The position numbers and the translations under genes are program-made. From Bryobacterales bacterium (GTDB lineage Bacteria > Acidobacteriota > Terriglobia > Bryobacterales > UBA6623): a DNA stretch of 64,000 bases. The notes beneath the pieces were generated by a model. That model saw only the letters and a program-made list of their open reading frames with translations. It had not been told where the DNA came from and did not search any database. How positions within the stretch are numbered: the first letter of the stretch is position 1; every line of letters begins with the position of its first letter. This document shows, piece after piece, positions 8,286 to 17,685 of this stretch. The DNA is taken from assembly GCA_965216215.1 (NCBI GenBank), contig CBDCFO010000007.1, positions 454,325 to 518,324 on the forward strand, written 5' to 3'.

Positions 8286-9590
8286 TCAGGGGGGGAAGAT
8301 CTGACGCATCACGTCGTTGTACATCACCATTCCGAACAGGAGCAGGATGAGCACCATCCCGGCTTGAGTGATTCGATTTCTCATGGCTTCGCTGACATCC
8401 CGCTGCAGCAGCGATTCCACCACGAGGAGGACGATTGTGCCACCGTCAAGCACCGGGATGGGCATGAGATTGATGATGCCGAGATTGACACTGATCAGGG
8501 CCATGAGCTGAATCAGCGGCCCCAGCCCGTAGGAGGCAGCGTCCTGGGTGTGCCGGTAGATCCCGACAGGCCCCTCCAGCGTCTTCACCGAGAGATGTCC
8601 GAGAAAGAGGTTCTTCAATGTACGCAGGATCAGTCCCGCGTAGCCGTAGTTGTCCGCTACAGAGCGCTCCAGGGCCTGCCCTACCGGGAGCGGTTCGTCA
8701 ATGGAATCGTATTGCGGACGGAGCATCACCCCCAGGCGCCAGCTGCCGCTGGGTTGGTCGAGGCTTGCGCGCGTGGCGAACACCTGCTGGGCCCCCTCCC
8801 TGTCAACGGCAATCTCCAGCAACCGCCCACCGGACCCGGAGATGATCTGGACGAACTGCTCGATCGCGACGATCGCGACGCCGTCCACGCTCACGAACAT
8901 GTCACCGGAACGCAATCCGGACTGGGCAGCAGGCGATCCGGCCGCTGTGGAGTCCAGCCTGACGCGGTGAGCCGGGCTCCAGCCCGTGTCGACGGGTTCC
9001 CGCATCTGATCGTCGCCACCGATCAGGATTTCGCTGCTGTGCGTGGTGCCATCGCGGTCGAAAACGACCTCGACCTTGCGTTGGGCCACGACAGCGGCGT
9101 TCAACGTGAGATCCTTCCAGGTGGCCGTCGTCGCGCCGTCCAGCGAGCGGATGACATCGCCAGGTTGAATGCCGGCTGCAGCTGCGGGCGATTCAGGCCT
9201 GACGTACCCGAGCCGGGCCTCCTCGCCGAGGAAAACAGGTTGCTCGAAGTTATACATGTAGAGCCCGGCCAGCAACCCGACCGCGAGGATGAAATTGAAG
9301 ATCGGCCCCATCGAGGCAATGATCAGGCGCTGCCATCGCGGCTTGGAGGTCAGCTCGCCGGGATCGCCGGCGGGACCGCCGACGACGGCATTGCCCGCCA
9401 TTTTCACGTAGCCGCCAAACGGCAGCAGGCAGACCTTGAAGTCCGTACCGTTCCGCTTGACACCGAGAATGCGGGGGCCGAATCCAATCGAGAAGGCCTC
9501 GACGGTGACACCGAAATAGCGCGCGGCGACATAGTGCCCTAGTTCGTGAAACAGGACAAGAACGCTGAGAACGACAATAAAGTTGACCAT
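8286..9590 (-). CDS. rseP: RIP metalloprotease RseP (site-2 protease, M50)
   Basis: 434-aa ORF with HELGHY (HExxH) in TM1, a central PDZ region and a C-terminal NLMPIPVLDGG motif. Lies downstream of dxr, as in many bacteria. Confidence 0.92.
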   Translation of the reverse strand: MVNFIVVLSVLVLFHELGHYVAARYFGVTVEAFSIGFGPRILGVKRNGTDFKVCLLPFGGYVKMAGNAVVGGPAGDPGELTSKPRWQRLIIASMGPIFNFILAVGLLAGLYMYNFEQPVFLGEEARLGYVRPESPAAAAGIQPGDVIRSLDGATTATWKDLTLNAAVVAQRKVEVVFDRDGTTHSSEILIGGDDQMREPVDTGWSPAHRVRLDSTAAGSPAAQSGLRSGDMFVSVDGVAIVAIEQFVQIISGSGGRLLEIAVDREGAQQVFATRASLDQPSGSWRLGVMLRPQYDSIDEPLPVGQALERSVADNYGYAGLILRTLKNLFLGHLSVKTLEGPVGIYRHTQDAASYGLGPLIQLMALISVNLGIINLMPIPVLDGGTIVLLVVESLLQRDVSEAMRNRITQAGMVLILLLFGMVMYNDVMRQIFPP

Positions 9591-9611
9591 CGGATTCGTC
9601 TGCCTTCAGCG

Positions 9612-10811
9612 CTAGACGGCCGGGGCATGCGAGTAAGCAACACGCGTGCCAGCCATGCGGCCCACGAGATCCCAAGCCTGCGCCCGGGCCTCGCGATCGC
9701 ACTCCAGAACTTCTGAAATCGAGGAAGCGTCGCGCCGCGAGTTTGCGGCCAGCGTCGCTTCGACAACCTCGGCGATGCCCAAGAATGGAATCCGTCCGCT
9801 CAGAAAAGCCTCCACCGCCACTTCGTCGGCTGCATTCAGCAAGCAGCCTGCCAAGCCGCCGACGCGAAGCGCCTCGTAGGCGAGCCCCAAGAGCGGAAAC
9901 TTTGCCAAGTCCGGCGGCTCAAAGTTCAATTCTGGCACACGGGTCCAATCCATGCGTTCCCGGGGGGTGGCCTCGCGGGCGGGATAGGCCAGTGCGTAAC
10001 GAATGGGCAGTTTCATGTCGGGCGGGCTCAGTTGCGCGATGAGGGAACCGTCACGGTACTCGACCATCGCGTGAACGATCGATTGCGGGTGGACCACGAC
10101 ATCGACGGTTTCAGGCTGCAAGTCGAATAGCCGACAAGCCTCGATCACTTCGAAGCCCTTGTTCATCATCGTGGCGGAATCAATTGTGATCCGGCGGCCC
10201 ATCTTCCAGGTCGGGTGGCGTAACGCGAGTTCTGGCGTGACTGCCGCCAAGTCCTCGCGCGGAGTCGTTCGAAACGGGCCCCCGGACGCTGTCAGGATCA
10301 CGCGCTCCACTTCGTCCCGGCTGCCGGCTCGCAGGCACTGGTGGACGGCGTTGTGCTCGCTATCGACGGGCAGCAAGTCGGCGCCAGAGGCACGCGCGGC
10401 CGCCATCACCAGCTCACCTCCGGCCACAAGAACCTCTTTGTTGGCGAGAGCTACGCAGCATCCGGCCTTCACCGCCTGATAGGTCGCATCGAGGCCAACA
10501 ACACCGACGGCTGCGGACACGAGCACATCGAAGTCGACATCCACGGCGGCCGCAAGGATGCCGTCGGGCCCGCACACGCAACGCGGCGCGTAGCCGCTGA
10601 CGCCGCTCAGAGCGTCGCGCAGGCGACCCAGCGCCTCGGGGTCGGCAACGGAGATGAGTTCCGGGCGGAATTCCAGGACTTGGCGGACCAGTTCGTCCAC
10701 ATCGCGCCCCGCCGCGAGCGCGACTACAGTCACCGGTGTCTCGATTTCCCGGACAACCTGCAGGGTGTTGCGCCCGATCGATCCGGTGGATCCCAGCAAT
10801 GAGAGCCGCAT
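9612..10811 (-). CDS. dxr: 1-deoxy-D-xylulose-5-phosphate reductoisomerase
   Basis: MRLSLLGSTGSIGRNTLQVV (NADPH-binding GSTGSIG), LANKEVLV, DSEHNA. Track ORF extends to 10853; I prefer the ATG at 10811. Confidence 0.92.
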   Translation of the reverse strand: MRLSLLGSTGSIGRNTLQVVREIETPVTVVALAAGRDVDELVRQVLEFRPELISVADPEALGRLRDALSGVSGYAPRCVCGPDGILAAAVDVDFDVLVSAAVGVVGLDATYQAVKAGCCVALANKEVLVAGGELVMAAARASGADLLPVDSEHNAVHQCLRAGSRDEVERVILTASGGPFRTTPREDLAAVTPELALRHPTWKMGRRITIDSATMMNKGFEVIEACRLFDLQPETVDVVVHPQSIVHAMVEYRDGSLIAQLSPPDMKLPIRYALAYPAREATPRERMDWTRVPELNFEPPDLAKFPLLGLAYEALRVGGLAGCLLNAADEVAVEAFLSGRIPFLGIAEVVEATLAANSRRDASSISEVLECDREARAQAWDLVGRMAGTRVAYSHAPAV

Positions 10812-10870
10812 CTTAAACCCGGAGAGGGTGTGGCTGCGGACCGGGTCCGCCATGCCGCCACTTCAGAGCC

Positions 10871-11431
10871 CTATCCCGGATCATGGCACAGATCGCAGTC
10901 ATTCGGGGCGCTATTCCTTGCGTGGCAGTCCATACAGGCGGCCATTGTGGTTGGCTTTTCCTGAAAAAGAGCGTCCCTTTGCGCTACGGGCCCATGGCAG
11001 GATTCGCAGTCGATCGAGGCGTCCTCTACATGCGAAGCGTGCGAGAACCACACGAAGTCGGGTACGCGGTAGACCCGATTCCACGGAACTGGCTCGCCCG
11101 CCGAGTTCAATTTCGCCAGCAACTGGATGTGGGGGCTGTCAGTCTTGATGGTGGTGTGGCAGGCCATGCAGGTCGTTTCGGCTGGATAACCCGCAGCGAA
11201 ACCCGGATCGGCAATCTGGTGGCAGTCACGACACTGCAAGCCCAATGCCACGTGGGTCTTGTGGCTATAAGGGAGCGGTTGTTCCACGGGAACCGGGGCA
11301 GGCGGATCCGCAGGCGGAGCCTCGGCTGTCTGGGACCAGGACCAGGGCGCCACCAACAGGGCTAGCAAGCAGATGCCACGGAGTATCCCGGAAGCATGAG
11401 GGCGTCGCACTACCTTCGGATCCGGAAGCAT
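10871..11431 (-). CDS. Periplasmic pentaheme c-type cytochrome (c3/NrfB-like)
   Basis: Five CxxCH motifs (CRDCH, CMACH, CESCH, CMDCH, CDLCH) and a signal peptide (ILRGICLLALLVAPWSWSQTAEA). Its ATG at 11431 overlaps the TGA of the upstream FGE gene (ATGA). Confidence 0.8.
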   Translation of the reverse strand: MLPDPKVVRRPHASGILRGICLLALLVAPWSWSQTAEAPPADPPAPVPVEQPLPYSHKTHVALGLQCRDCHQIADPGFAAGYPAETTCMACHTTIKTDSPHIQLLAKLNSAGEPVPWNRVYRVPDFVWFSHASHVEDASIDCESCHGPVAQRDALFQEKPTTMAACMDCHARNSAPNDCDLCHDPG

Positions 11432-12489
11432 CACACATCCATGGCGCAGCGGAAGCCTAGATTGCTCGTCGCGCTGTCTGGCGTGTTCGATGTCCGCGCA
11501 GCAACGCGGTACCGATTGCAATACGAAGCGTGGCAAAGAAAAGACCCGCCCCGCATCACGCGGGCGCTCCCGCGGGGAGGCCCCACCGGATTGGTCTTCG
11601 TGGCAGTGACGTGGTACGTCGGATGGAACCAGTCATAGCACCATTCCCAGACATTGCCGGTGATGGAGTACAGCTCGAACCCGTTCGGCGGGAATGCGTC
11701 GACGGGGCAAGTCCCGCGATAGCCGTCCTCGCCGGTGTCGACATCCGGAAACCGGCCCTGCCAGATGTTGCACAAGTGCCGTCCGCCCGGCTCGAGTTCC
11801 TGGCCCCACGGATACGTGACCTGCTCCAGCCCTCCACGAGCGCCGAATTCCCATTCGGCCTCGCTGGGTAGGCGCTTGCCCGCCCAGCTGCAGTAGGCAA
11901 GCGCATCGGCATACGAGACTTGCGTCACAGGATGGTCCGGACGATCGCGGACGTTCGAATCAGGCCCTTCGGGATGCCGCCAGTCCGCGCCACGCACCTT
12001 GCACCACCATTCGTGACCGGCAACCGTGTCGTCGACAAGCGAAGCATAGCGATCCTCCGGCAGTTGCTTGTGGAAGACAAAAGACCAGCCGAAGCGCTCC
12101 GCCTCGGTCTTGTAGCCCGTGGCCTGGACGAACTCGGCGAAGGACTCGACGGTCACGGGCATCGTATCCAAGTAGAACGGATCGAGAAGGACTTCCCGCA
12201 CGGGGCCCTCTCCGTCAGCCGGGAACCCCAAATCAGTTTCCGTGCCCATCAGGAATTTCCCGCCTTCGACGCTGGACATCGCGCTGGCCGAGCCGTTCCT
12301 GGCGATCGGCCTTCTGAGAGCAAGGCTCTCGGATTCGGCGAGAATTCGCGCCCGGGCAACGCTGGGGACACAGCAAGGATGGGGCCCGTGCACTCGCAGT
12401 GGCTGGCTGATCTTGGGATCCGTCGCGAAGGAGGCGCTGGCACCCTGGATGTCGCGCTGTTCCGGCACTGGCTTGGGCGATTCTATCAC
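11431..12489 (-). CDS. Formylglycine-generating enzyme (aerobic, copper-type FGE/SUMF1 family)
   Basis: 352-aa ORF that reads along its whole length like actinobacterial FGEs: GGKFLMGT...FPADGEGPVREV...WEWCYDWF...RVMRGGSFLCHASYCNRYRVAARTSNTPDSATSNLGFRCA, with the two catalytic Cys in LCHxSYCNRYR. Confidence 0.88.
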   Translation of the reverse strand: MIESPKPVPEQRDIQGASASFATDPKISQPLRVHGPHPCCVPSVARARILAESESLALRRPIARNGSASAMSSVEGGKFLMGTETDLGFPADGEGPVREVLLDPFYLDTMPVTVESFAEFVQATGYKTEAERFGWSFVFHKQLPEDRYASLVDDTVAGHEWWCKVRGADWRHPEGPDSNVRDRPDHPVTQVSYADALAYCSWAGKRLPSEAEWEFGARGGLEQVTYPWGQELEPGGRHLCNIWQGRFPDVDTGEDGYRGTCPVDAFPPNGFELYSITGNVWEWCYDWFHPTYHVTATKTNPVGPPRGSARVMRGGSFLCHASYCNRYRVAARTSNTPDSATSNLGFRCAMDV

Positions 12490-12699
12490 GCTTACCCGGA
12501 TTTCGCCTCACCGGGCACCTTTCAATGTCTTGCGGATTTAGACGCCGGCCTTCTTGTGAGTTTGGGGGAGGTTGCGCTTCCCCCCTCGGGAGGGGGGGCA
12601 CGAGGTTCGGGGAGGTGGCCCTTGCAGACGGACCTAGCGACGAAGGAAGTAACGCGCTATCGATCGGCCACCGACACCGCGTAGCGGTTAGTGCAATCA

Positions 12700-12863
12700 C
12701 CGGCTGCTTGAGAAAGCCAGGACTGTGCCTTCGGGGCGGTATCGTCCTGGAGGGGTAGCCTACACGAGGCGCTCGAGCTCGGGAACGGCGGGTTGGGATT
12801 GCTAGGTCACGGACTGCCTACCAGCTATGATGAACGCCGTGCCTGCGGCACAGAAAGAAACAA
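12700..12863 (+). promoter_or_regulatory. Candidate structured 5' leader upstream of the iorAB-like operon
   Basis: Nested hairpins are readable by eye. These are ACCGC-GTA-GCGGT (12776..12788), CCAGGAC...GTCCTGG (12717..12723 / 12744..12750) enclosing a CC-UUCG-GG tetraloop, and GTGCC-TGC-GGCAC (12839..12851) 12 nt before the ATG. No RNA family identified. Confidence 0.3.
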
Positions 12864-13340
12864 ATGGCGCGATTCGCAGTTAGCGTAAACGGAAGAGATC
12901 TGAACACGGAGTCGCCGCCGGACCGCCCCTTGCTGGAGGTCCTGCGTGAGGACTTCGGTCTAACCGGGACGAAATACGGCTGCGGCGAGGGCCAGTGCCG
13001 CGCCTGTACGGTCTTGATCGACGATCAACCCAAGGCTTCTTGCCTCACGCCCGTCTCGAGCGTGCACGGCAAGAGCGTTACGACGATCGAGGGCCTCGCC
13101 GTAGGCGACCAACTCACCGGAGTACAGCAGGCCTTCATTGATGGGGATGCGGCACAATGCGGATACTGCACGGCCGGACTGATCGTCGAAGCTACGGCGC
13201 TGCTCAAACGGAATCCAAAGCCGAGCAGGTCGGAAATCCTCGACGCCATGAACCCGCACCTGTGCCGCTGTTGCGGCTATGGCAACATCTTGGCGTCGGT
13301 GGAGCTGGCCGCCCGCGCCTCGGAGGCGAGCGATGCCTGA
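12864..13340 (+). CDS. (2Fe-2S)-binding small subunit of a molybdopterin hydroxylase (IorA / aldehyde-oxidase small-subunit family)
   Basis: 158-aa ORF with CGEGQCRACTV and QCGYCTAG cluster motifs. Its 8-nt overlap with the next gene suggests coupling. Confidence 0.88.
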   Translation: MARFAVSVNGRDLNTESPPDRPLLEVLREDFGLTGTKYGCGEGQCRACTVLIDDQPKASCLTPVSSVHGKSVTTIEGLAVGDQLTGVQQAFIDGDAAQCGYCTAGLIVEATALLKRNPKPSRSEILDAMNPHLCRCCGYGNILASVELAARASEASDA

Positions 13341-15462
13341 GCGATTCCGCGAAGATCTGTTCGAGCCCGATCGCAAGGAGCTCGCCGAGGGCCCGGCGTA
13401 CCGCTTCGAGTTGGACCGCCGTGAGTGGATCGCTGTCGTGGGGGCCGGACTGCTCGTCACGGCCGCGGGCAAGGTTGTTTTCAGCCCCGGCGTCGCAGCC
13501 GCTGCGATCCCGCCTTCGACGCGGCTGCACCTGGGCGAGGACGGATCGATCACCGTCCTGACGGGCAAGGTCGAGGTCGGGCAGGGGTCGCGAACCGAGA
13601 TCCTCCAGGCGGCGGCCGAAGAGCTCCGCGTCGCCCCTGAAGCGCTGCGGGTGATGCTGGCTGATACGGCGACAACGCCGGACGACGGCTCGACCGCGGG
13701 CAGCCGGACGACGCCATCTACCGTACCGGTGGTCCGGCGGGCGTGCGCTGCAGCTCGCGAGATGCTCGTGCGCGCCGCGGCGGAGGCGTGGAACCTCGAT
13801 GCTTCTCAATTGCGCGTTGAATCCGGCGCCGTCGTCCACGCGGGCAAACGGCTCGCTTATGCCAACTTGGCACGATCGAAACGGCTGACCTCGGCTGACG
13901 ACGATAGCGCTCCCAGGGGAGTTCGGCTCACGGAGATCGACGATTGGACTGTGTTGGGCCGGGCTCTGCTCAAGACCAAAGCGAGAGAGATCGTTACCGG
14001 CGCTCACCGCTATCCCTCGGACATCGTGCGCCCCAACATGCTCTACGGAGCAGTGCTGCGACCGCCGTCTTACGGCGCACAGCTCGAAAGCGTAGATCTC
14101 ACGCCCGGCAAGGAGCTGGGCGTAGTAGCGATTCGCGATGACGGATTTGCCGGCTGTGCCGCGAAATCGTCCTTCGAAGCGCGGAACACGGTGGAGGCGA
14201 TAGGCAAGACCGCAAAATGGCGGACTGCGACGCATCCGTCGAGCGAGAGTCTCGGCTCCTACTTGAAGGAACGTGCGCAGACCAGCGGCGAGGGACGTCG
14301 CGGTCCGCGCCGCCGCGAGCGCGGCGATGTCGACTCCGCGCTCGGGGCTGCTAAGACCCTCACTGCTTCCTACGAAATTCCCTACGTCCAACATGCGCCG
14401 ATGGAGCCGCGTGCAGCGGTCGCCGAGTGGGATGAAAGCCGGCTGACCGTCTGGACCGGCACGCAACGCCCGTTCGGCGTTCGCGAGCAGTTGATGGAGG
14501 CTTTCCGCCTGACGGCCGAGCAGACGCGGGTGATTGTGCCCGACACCGGCGGAGGATTCGGTGGCAAGCATACGGGCGAAGTCGCCATCGAGGCTGCACG
14601 ATTGGCCAAAGCGGCCGGCAAGCCGGTCTCGCTGCGCTGGACTCGCGCGGAGGAGTTCGCCTGGGCCTACTTTCGACCGGCGGCGGCTTTCGAGACGCGG
14701 GCGGGCCTCAGTGGCCAGAAGATCGTCGCCTGGGACTTCACCGCCTACAACCCGGGCACAGCGGGGATCGAGACGCCCTATGCCGTTCCAAATGCCCGCA
14801 CACAGTATCTCCCGTGCGACTCGCCTCTGCGCGAAGGCTCATACAGGGGCATCGGGGCGACCGGCAATAACTTCGCCCGCGAAGTCTTCATGGACGAACT
14901 TGCCGAGGCCGCCGGCCTCGATCCGCTCGAGTTTCGGCTGGCAAATTCCAACGACGAGAGGCTGTCGAACGTCCTCCAGGCGGCGGCCGATCAAATCGGC
15001 TGGTCGCCCGGCCAGTCGCCTGGACGGAATCGCGGGACGGGCATCGCCGCGGGCTTCGAGAAAGGCTCCTACATCGCCATCTGCGCGCAGGTTCGTGTCG
15101 CGGGCGAAAGCGTCGAGGTTGAGCGGCTAGTTTCGGCGTTCGAGTGCGGAGCGATCCTGAATCCCCGCAATCTCCAGGCCCAGGTCGAGGGCTGCGTGAT
15201 CCAAGGTCTGGGCGCAGCGCTGAGTGAAGAGATCCGCTTCGCTGAAGGACAGCTGCTGAACGGCTCGTTCTCGCAATACCCCGTACCGCGCTTCCGAGAC
15301 GTACCGCCCATGGAAACGGTCTTGCTCGATCGGCCCGACATCGAACCCGCCGGTGCTGGCGAAACTCCAATCATCGCCGTGGCGCCGGCATTGGCGAACG
15401 CCGTATTCGCCGCGACGGGGCTACGAATGCGTTCTCTTCCTCTACGTTTGCACGCGGTTTGA
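13333..15462 (+). CDS. Molybdopterin-binding large subunit (IorB / xanthine dehydrogenase family oxidoreductase)
   Basis: Starts at ATG 13333 (MPERFREDLFE; the track ORF starts earlier at 13279). Family-typical segments: VEVGQGSRTEILQ, GGGFGGKH, and the C-terminal AGAGETPIIAVAPALANAVFAATG. Confidence 0.85.
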   Translation: MPERFREDLFEPDRKELAEGPAYRFELDRREWIAVVGAGLLVTAAGKVVFSPGVAAAAIPPSTRLHLGEDGSITVLTGKVEVGQGSRTEILQAAAEELRVAPEALRVMLADTATTPDDGSTAGSRTTPSTVPVVRRACAAAREMLVRAAAEAWNLDASQLRVESGAVVHAGKRLAYANLARSKRLTSADDDSAPRGVRLTEIDDWTVLGRALLKTKAREIVTGAHRYPSDIVRPNMLYGAVLRPPSYGAQLESVDLTPGKELGVVAIRDDGFAGCAAKSSFEARNTVEAIGKTAKWRTATHPSSESLGSYLKERAQTSGEGRRGPRRRERGDVDSALGAAKTLTASYEIPYVQHAPMEPRAAVAEWDESRLTVWTGTQRPFGVREQLMEAFRLTAEQTRVIVPDTGGGFGGKHTGEVAIEAARLAKAAGKPVSLRWTRAEEFAWAYFRPAAAFETRAGLSGQKIVAWDFTAYNPGTAGIETPYAVPNARTQYLPCDSPLREGSYRGIGATGNNFAREVFMDELAEAAGLDPLEFRLANSNDERLSNVLQAAADQIGWSPGQSPGRNRGTGIAAGFEKGSYIAICAQVRVAGESVEVERLVSAFECGAILNPRNLQAQVEGCVIQGLGAALSEEIRFAEGQLLNGSFSQYPVPRFRDVPPMETVLLDRPDIEPAGAGETPIIAVAPALANAVFAATGLRMRSLPLRLHAV

Positions 15463-15508
15463 GGCTCCGCAGAACGGTTGTCCTCAGTGCGTTGGGACTC
15501 TGACGGAC

Positions 15509-15760
15509 TCACACCTTCTTGAGACGCACTCGATTCGGTCGCATCAGCTCTTGTCCCGGAGCTTCGAGGAGGGGCACCTGCAGTTCGGCAGCGCCTTTTC
15601 GGAGTGCGAGATTTCCGACCGAGCGCGGCTCGAAGTTCGTTGTGCCCGGGGTGTTCCGCACAGCGCCTTCAATCGATTCCCGGCCGCCCTCGACGGCACA
15701 CCGGCTGCCCGCGTCCTGAATGTCGAAGGAATGGACGAGAGTAATTTCGCATTCCCCGGC
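15509..15760 (-). pseudogene. Possible RidA/YjgF-family C-terminal remnant with no usable start codon
   Basis: Own translation: an 83-codon open frame bounded by TGA at 15761..15763, with no ATG until the last 9 codons. FEPRSVGNLALRKGAAELQV resembles the RidA C-terminal pattern FPARSxVxVxxLPxxAxVEI. Confidence 0.25.
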
Positions 15761-15809
15761 TCAGAAGCCGACACCCAGTACGACGACGTAGTAGAAAACC
15801 AGAGAGCCG

Positions 15810-17069
15810 TCATTGGGCCGAGGCGGAGCGATCGACTTCTTCCCCTTTCAAGTAGACGCTTACGATTTGGCGCGTATTGGTGATGTCGTCTAGCGGATTG
15901 GCCTCGAGCACCAGGAAGTCCGCCCGCTTGCCGACTTCGAGAGTTCCAGCGTCCGCGAGGCGTAGCAAATCCGCTGAATTGCGAGTCGCGGCCTCGATGA
16001 CCTGGGCCGGCGTCATGCCGGCGGCCACCATGTCTTCCATCTCGACGTGCGGTGCCCATGGCGTGTTGCCGTCGGTCCCTAGCGCGATCGTGACGCCCTC
16101 GGCGCTCAGTCTCGCTAGGTTTCTCGCCTGAATCGAAAAGGTGGCCTGCGCGTCGGCGTCTTCGACGGCCGCCGCTTGCAGCTCTTCCAACTCGTCGGGC
16201 GGAAGGGAGCCGCTCAGCCAGCTCAAGTCCGTCGCCACTCCGCGATTGGGGAGGTTTGGCACCAATACGATGCCTCCGCGCTCCTCAAACAGGTCGATGA
16301 TCTCCTCGTCGACATCCGTGTCTCGCACACCGTGGGCGAGAGCGTCGATCCCGGCACGCAAGAGCCCTTTTGCGTCCTCGAGGGCAAAGATGTGGACCGT
16401 GACGCGAATGCCGTGCTCGTGGGCCTCGTTGATGATTGCTCCGTATAGCTCGGGTGACAGCTTCTTGTACTGTCCATTGCGATCGTCGACCCAGATCTTG
16501 ATGATGTCGACTTTTCTTCCCGCCTGCTCCCGCACAGCCTGACGGGCTTCGTCTTCGGTGGTCACCCAGTAGGGAATTTCCGAACGCCCAGGCTCGGGCG
16601 AGGTAATCCCGACGCCGGCCGAGCGAAAGCGGGCCGCGCCAGGAATCTCTTCCGCGCGGATCGACAGGTCGCGCGTATCTCGCCCGAGGCTCATCGCAGC
16701 ACCCACCCCGTACCGCGCCCTGGCGCTCAGGTCTTCGATGAGGGCGTCGCGCTCCTGGTTGAGGTGAGTGTGCGTGTCGACGATAGCGGGCATGACCGTC
16801 GTCCCGGTCAGGTCCACGCGCATCGCGCCGACCGGAGCCTCTAGCTCGGCCGCAGGGCCGACCTGGTCGAACCGGCCACCGTCGACTACGAACGCGGCGT
16901 TCTCGATCGGCGGGCTGCCGTCGCCAACGATCAGCCGCGCGCCCTCGAACACAACGGCGTTGGAGACCGGCGTCGGCGGTGACCCGCACCCATAGTTCCC
17001 GAGCAGGCCAAGCAGTAGTGAGAGCACCATCACGGCCGTGCAAAAGAATTTCGAACTTACCCCAAGCAT
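15810..17069 (-). CDS. Amidohydrolase family protein (metal-dependent hydrolase), probable lipoprotein
   Basis: Start moved to MLGVSSKFFCTAVMVLSLLLGLLGNYGC (lipobox-like). MPAIVDTHTHL metal-binding motif and the C-terminal ADFLVLEANPLDDITNTRQIVSVYLKGEEV. Confidence 0.85.
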   Translation of the reverse strand: MLGVSSKFFCTAVMVLSLLLGLLGNYGCGSPPTPVSNAVVFEGARLIVGDGSPPIENAAFVVDGGRFDQVGPAAELEAPVGAMRVDLTGTTVMPAIVDTHTHLNQERDALIEDLSARARYGVGAAMSLGRDTRDLSIRAEEIPGAARFRSAGVGITSPEPGRSEIPYWVTTEDEARQAVREQAGRKVDIIKIWVDDRNGQYKKLSPELYGAIINEAHEHGIRVTVHIFALEDAKGLLRAGIDALAHGVRDTDVDEEIIDLFEERGGIVLVPNLPNRGVATDLSWLSGSLPPDELEELQAAAVEDADAQATFSIQARNLARLSAEGVTIALGTDGNTPWAPHVEMEDMVAAGMTPAQVIEAATRNSADLLRLADAGTLEVGKRADFLVLEANPLDDITNTRQIVSVYLKGEEVDRSASAQ

Positions 17070-17088
17070 CACGTCGTCCTCCCTCGAT

Positions 17089-17685
17089 TCAAGCCTTGGA
17101 ATGAACCGGATTTCCGCCCACAAAGATCCGCATAACGTCGATTCCCTTGACGCGGTCCGGTTCAACCTCGCGCGGGTCTTCGGCCAAGACGACAAAGTCC
17201 GTCAGGTGGGCGAACATCGAGCGCATCTTCTCCTCTTGTGCCATGGTCAGGATACCGTAGTCCTCCGGGCAAGCCTGGAATGGATTGCTCATTCGCATGT
17301 TGCGCTCCGACGCTGAGCCGGCGGCGGCGTACTTGACGGCCCCGATGCTCAGGCGGTTGTCGCCAAGACCGGTCGAGACGCCGGCTTGCTTGAGGCCGTG
17401 GAACTATCCGCTGCTGCCGGTGCGAAACAGGTACACCCGGAAGCGGAGCTCTCCGGCGGCGTTGGCGTCTTGGTAGTCGATCAAGGCTTCGCTTCCGCCG
17501 CCGGTCAGGTGTACGGATGCAACCCCGACCGCCGTCATGAACTCGGAGATCAGCTTGACCCCCGCCTGACGTTGCTCCCGGGGGCTGCCCGGGGGAGAGA
17601 GTCTTGACAACACTCTCAGCCTTGGCGGTGTCGTAGGGGTTGGCGCGACGCGATCGCCCCCGCTTCTCGATGCCGCCTGCGCCAC
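17089..17685 (-). pseudogene. Decayed amidohydrolase (Amidohydro_3-like) fragment with an in-frame TAG
   Basis: Track ORFs 17404..17685 and 17089..17298 are in the same frame, separated by a TAG at 17404..17406. Joined they read ...GVASVHLTGGGSEALIDYQDANAAGELRFRVYLFRTGSSG*FHGLKQAGVSTGLGDNRLSIGAVKYAAAGSAS...LTDFVVLAEDPREVEPDRVKGIDVMRIFVGGNPV. The N-terminus is replaced by the IS remnant. Confidence 0.45.

Noticed and set aside
12509-12525. CACCGGGCACCTTTCAA matches CACCGGACACCTTTCAA at 17899..17915 (16 of 17), next to the IS remnant. This could be a solo IS end.
   Set aside because: The flanks do not align at all. My rough estimate is that 16-of-17 matches are expected by chance several times among all position pairs in a 64-kb window on both strands.
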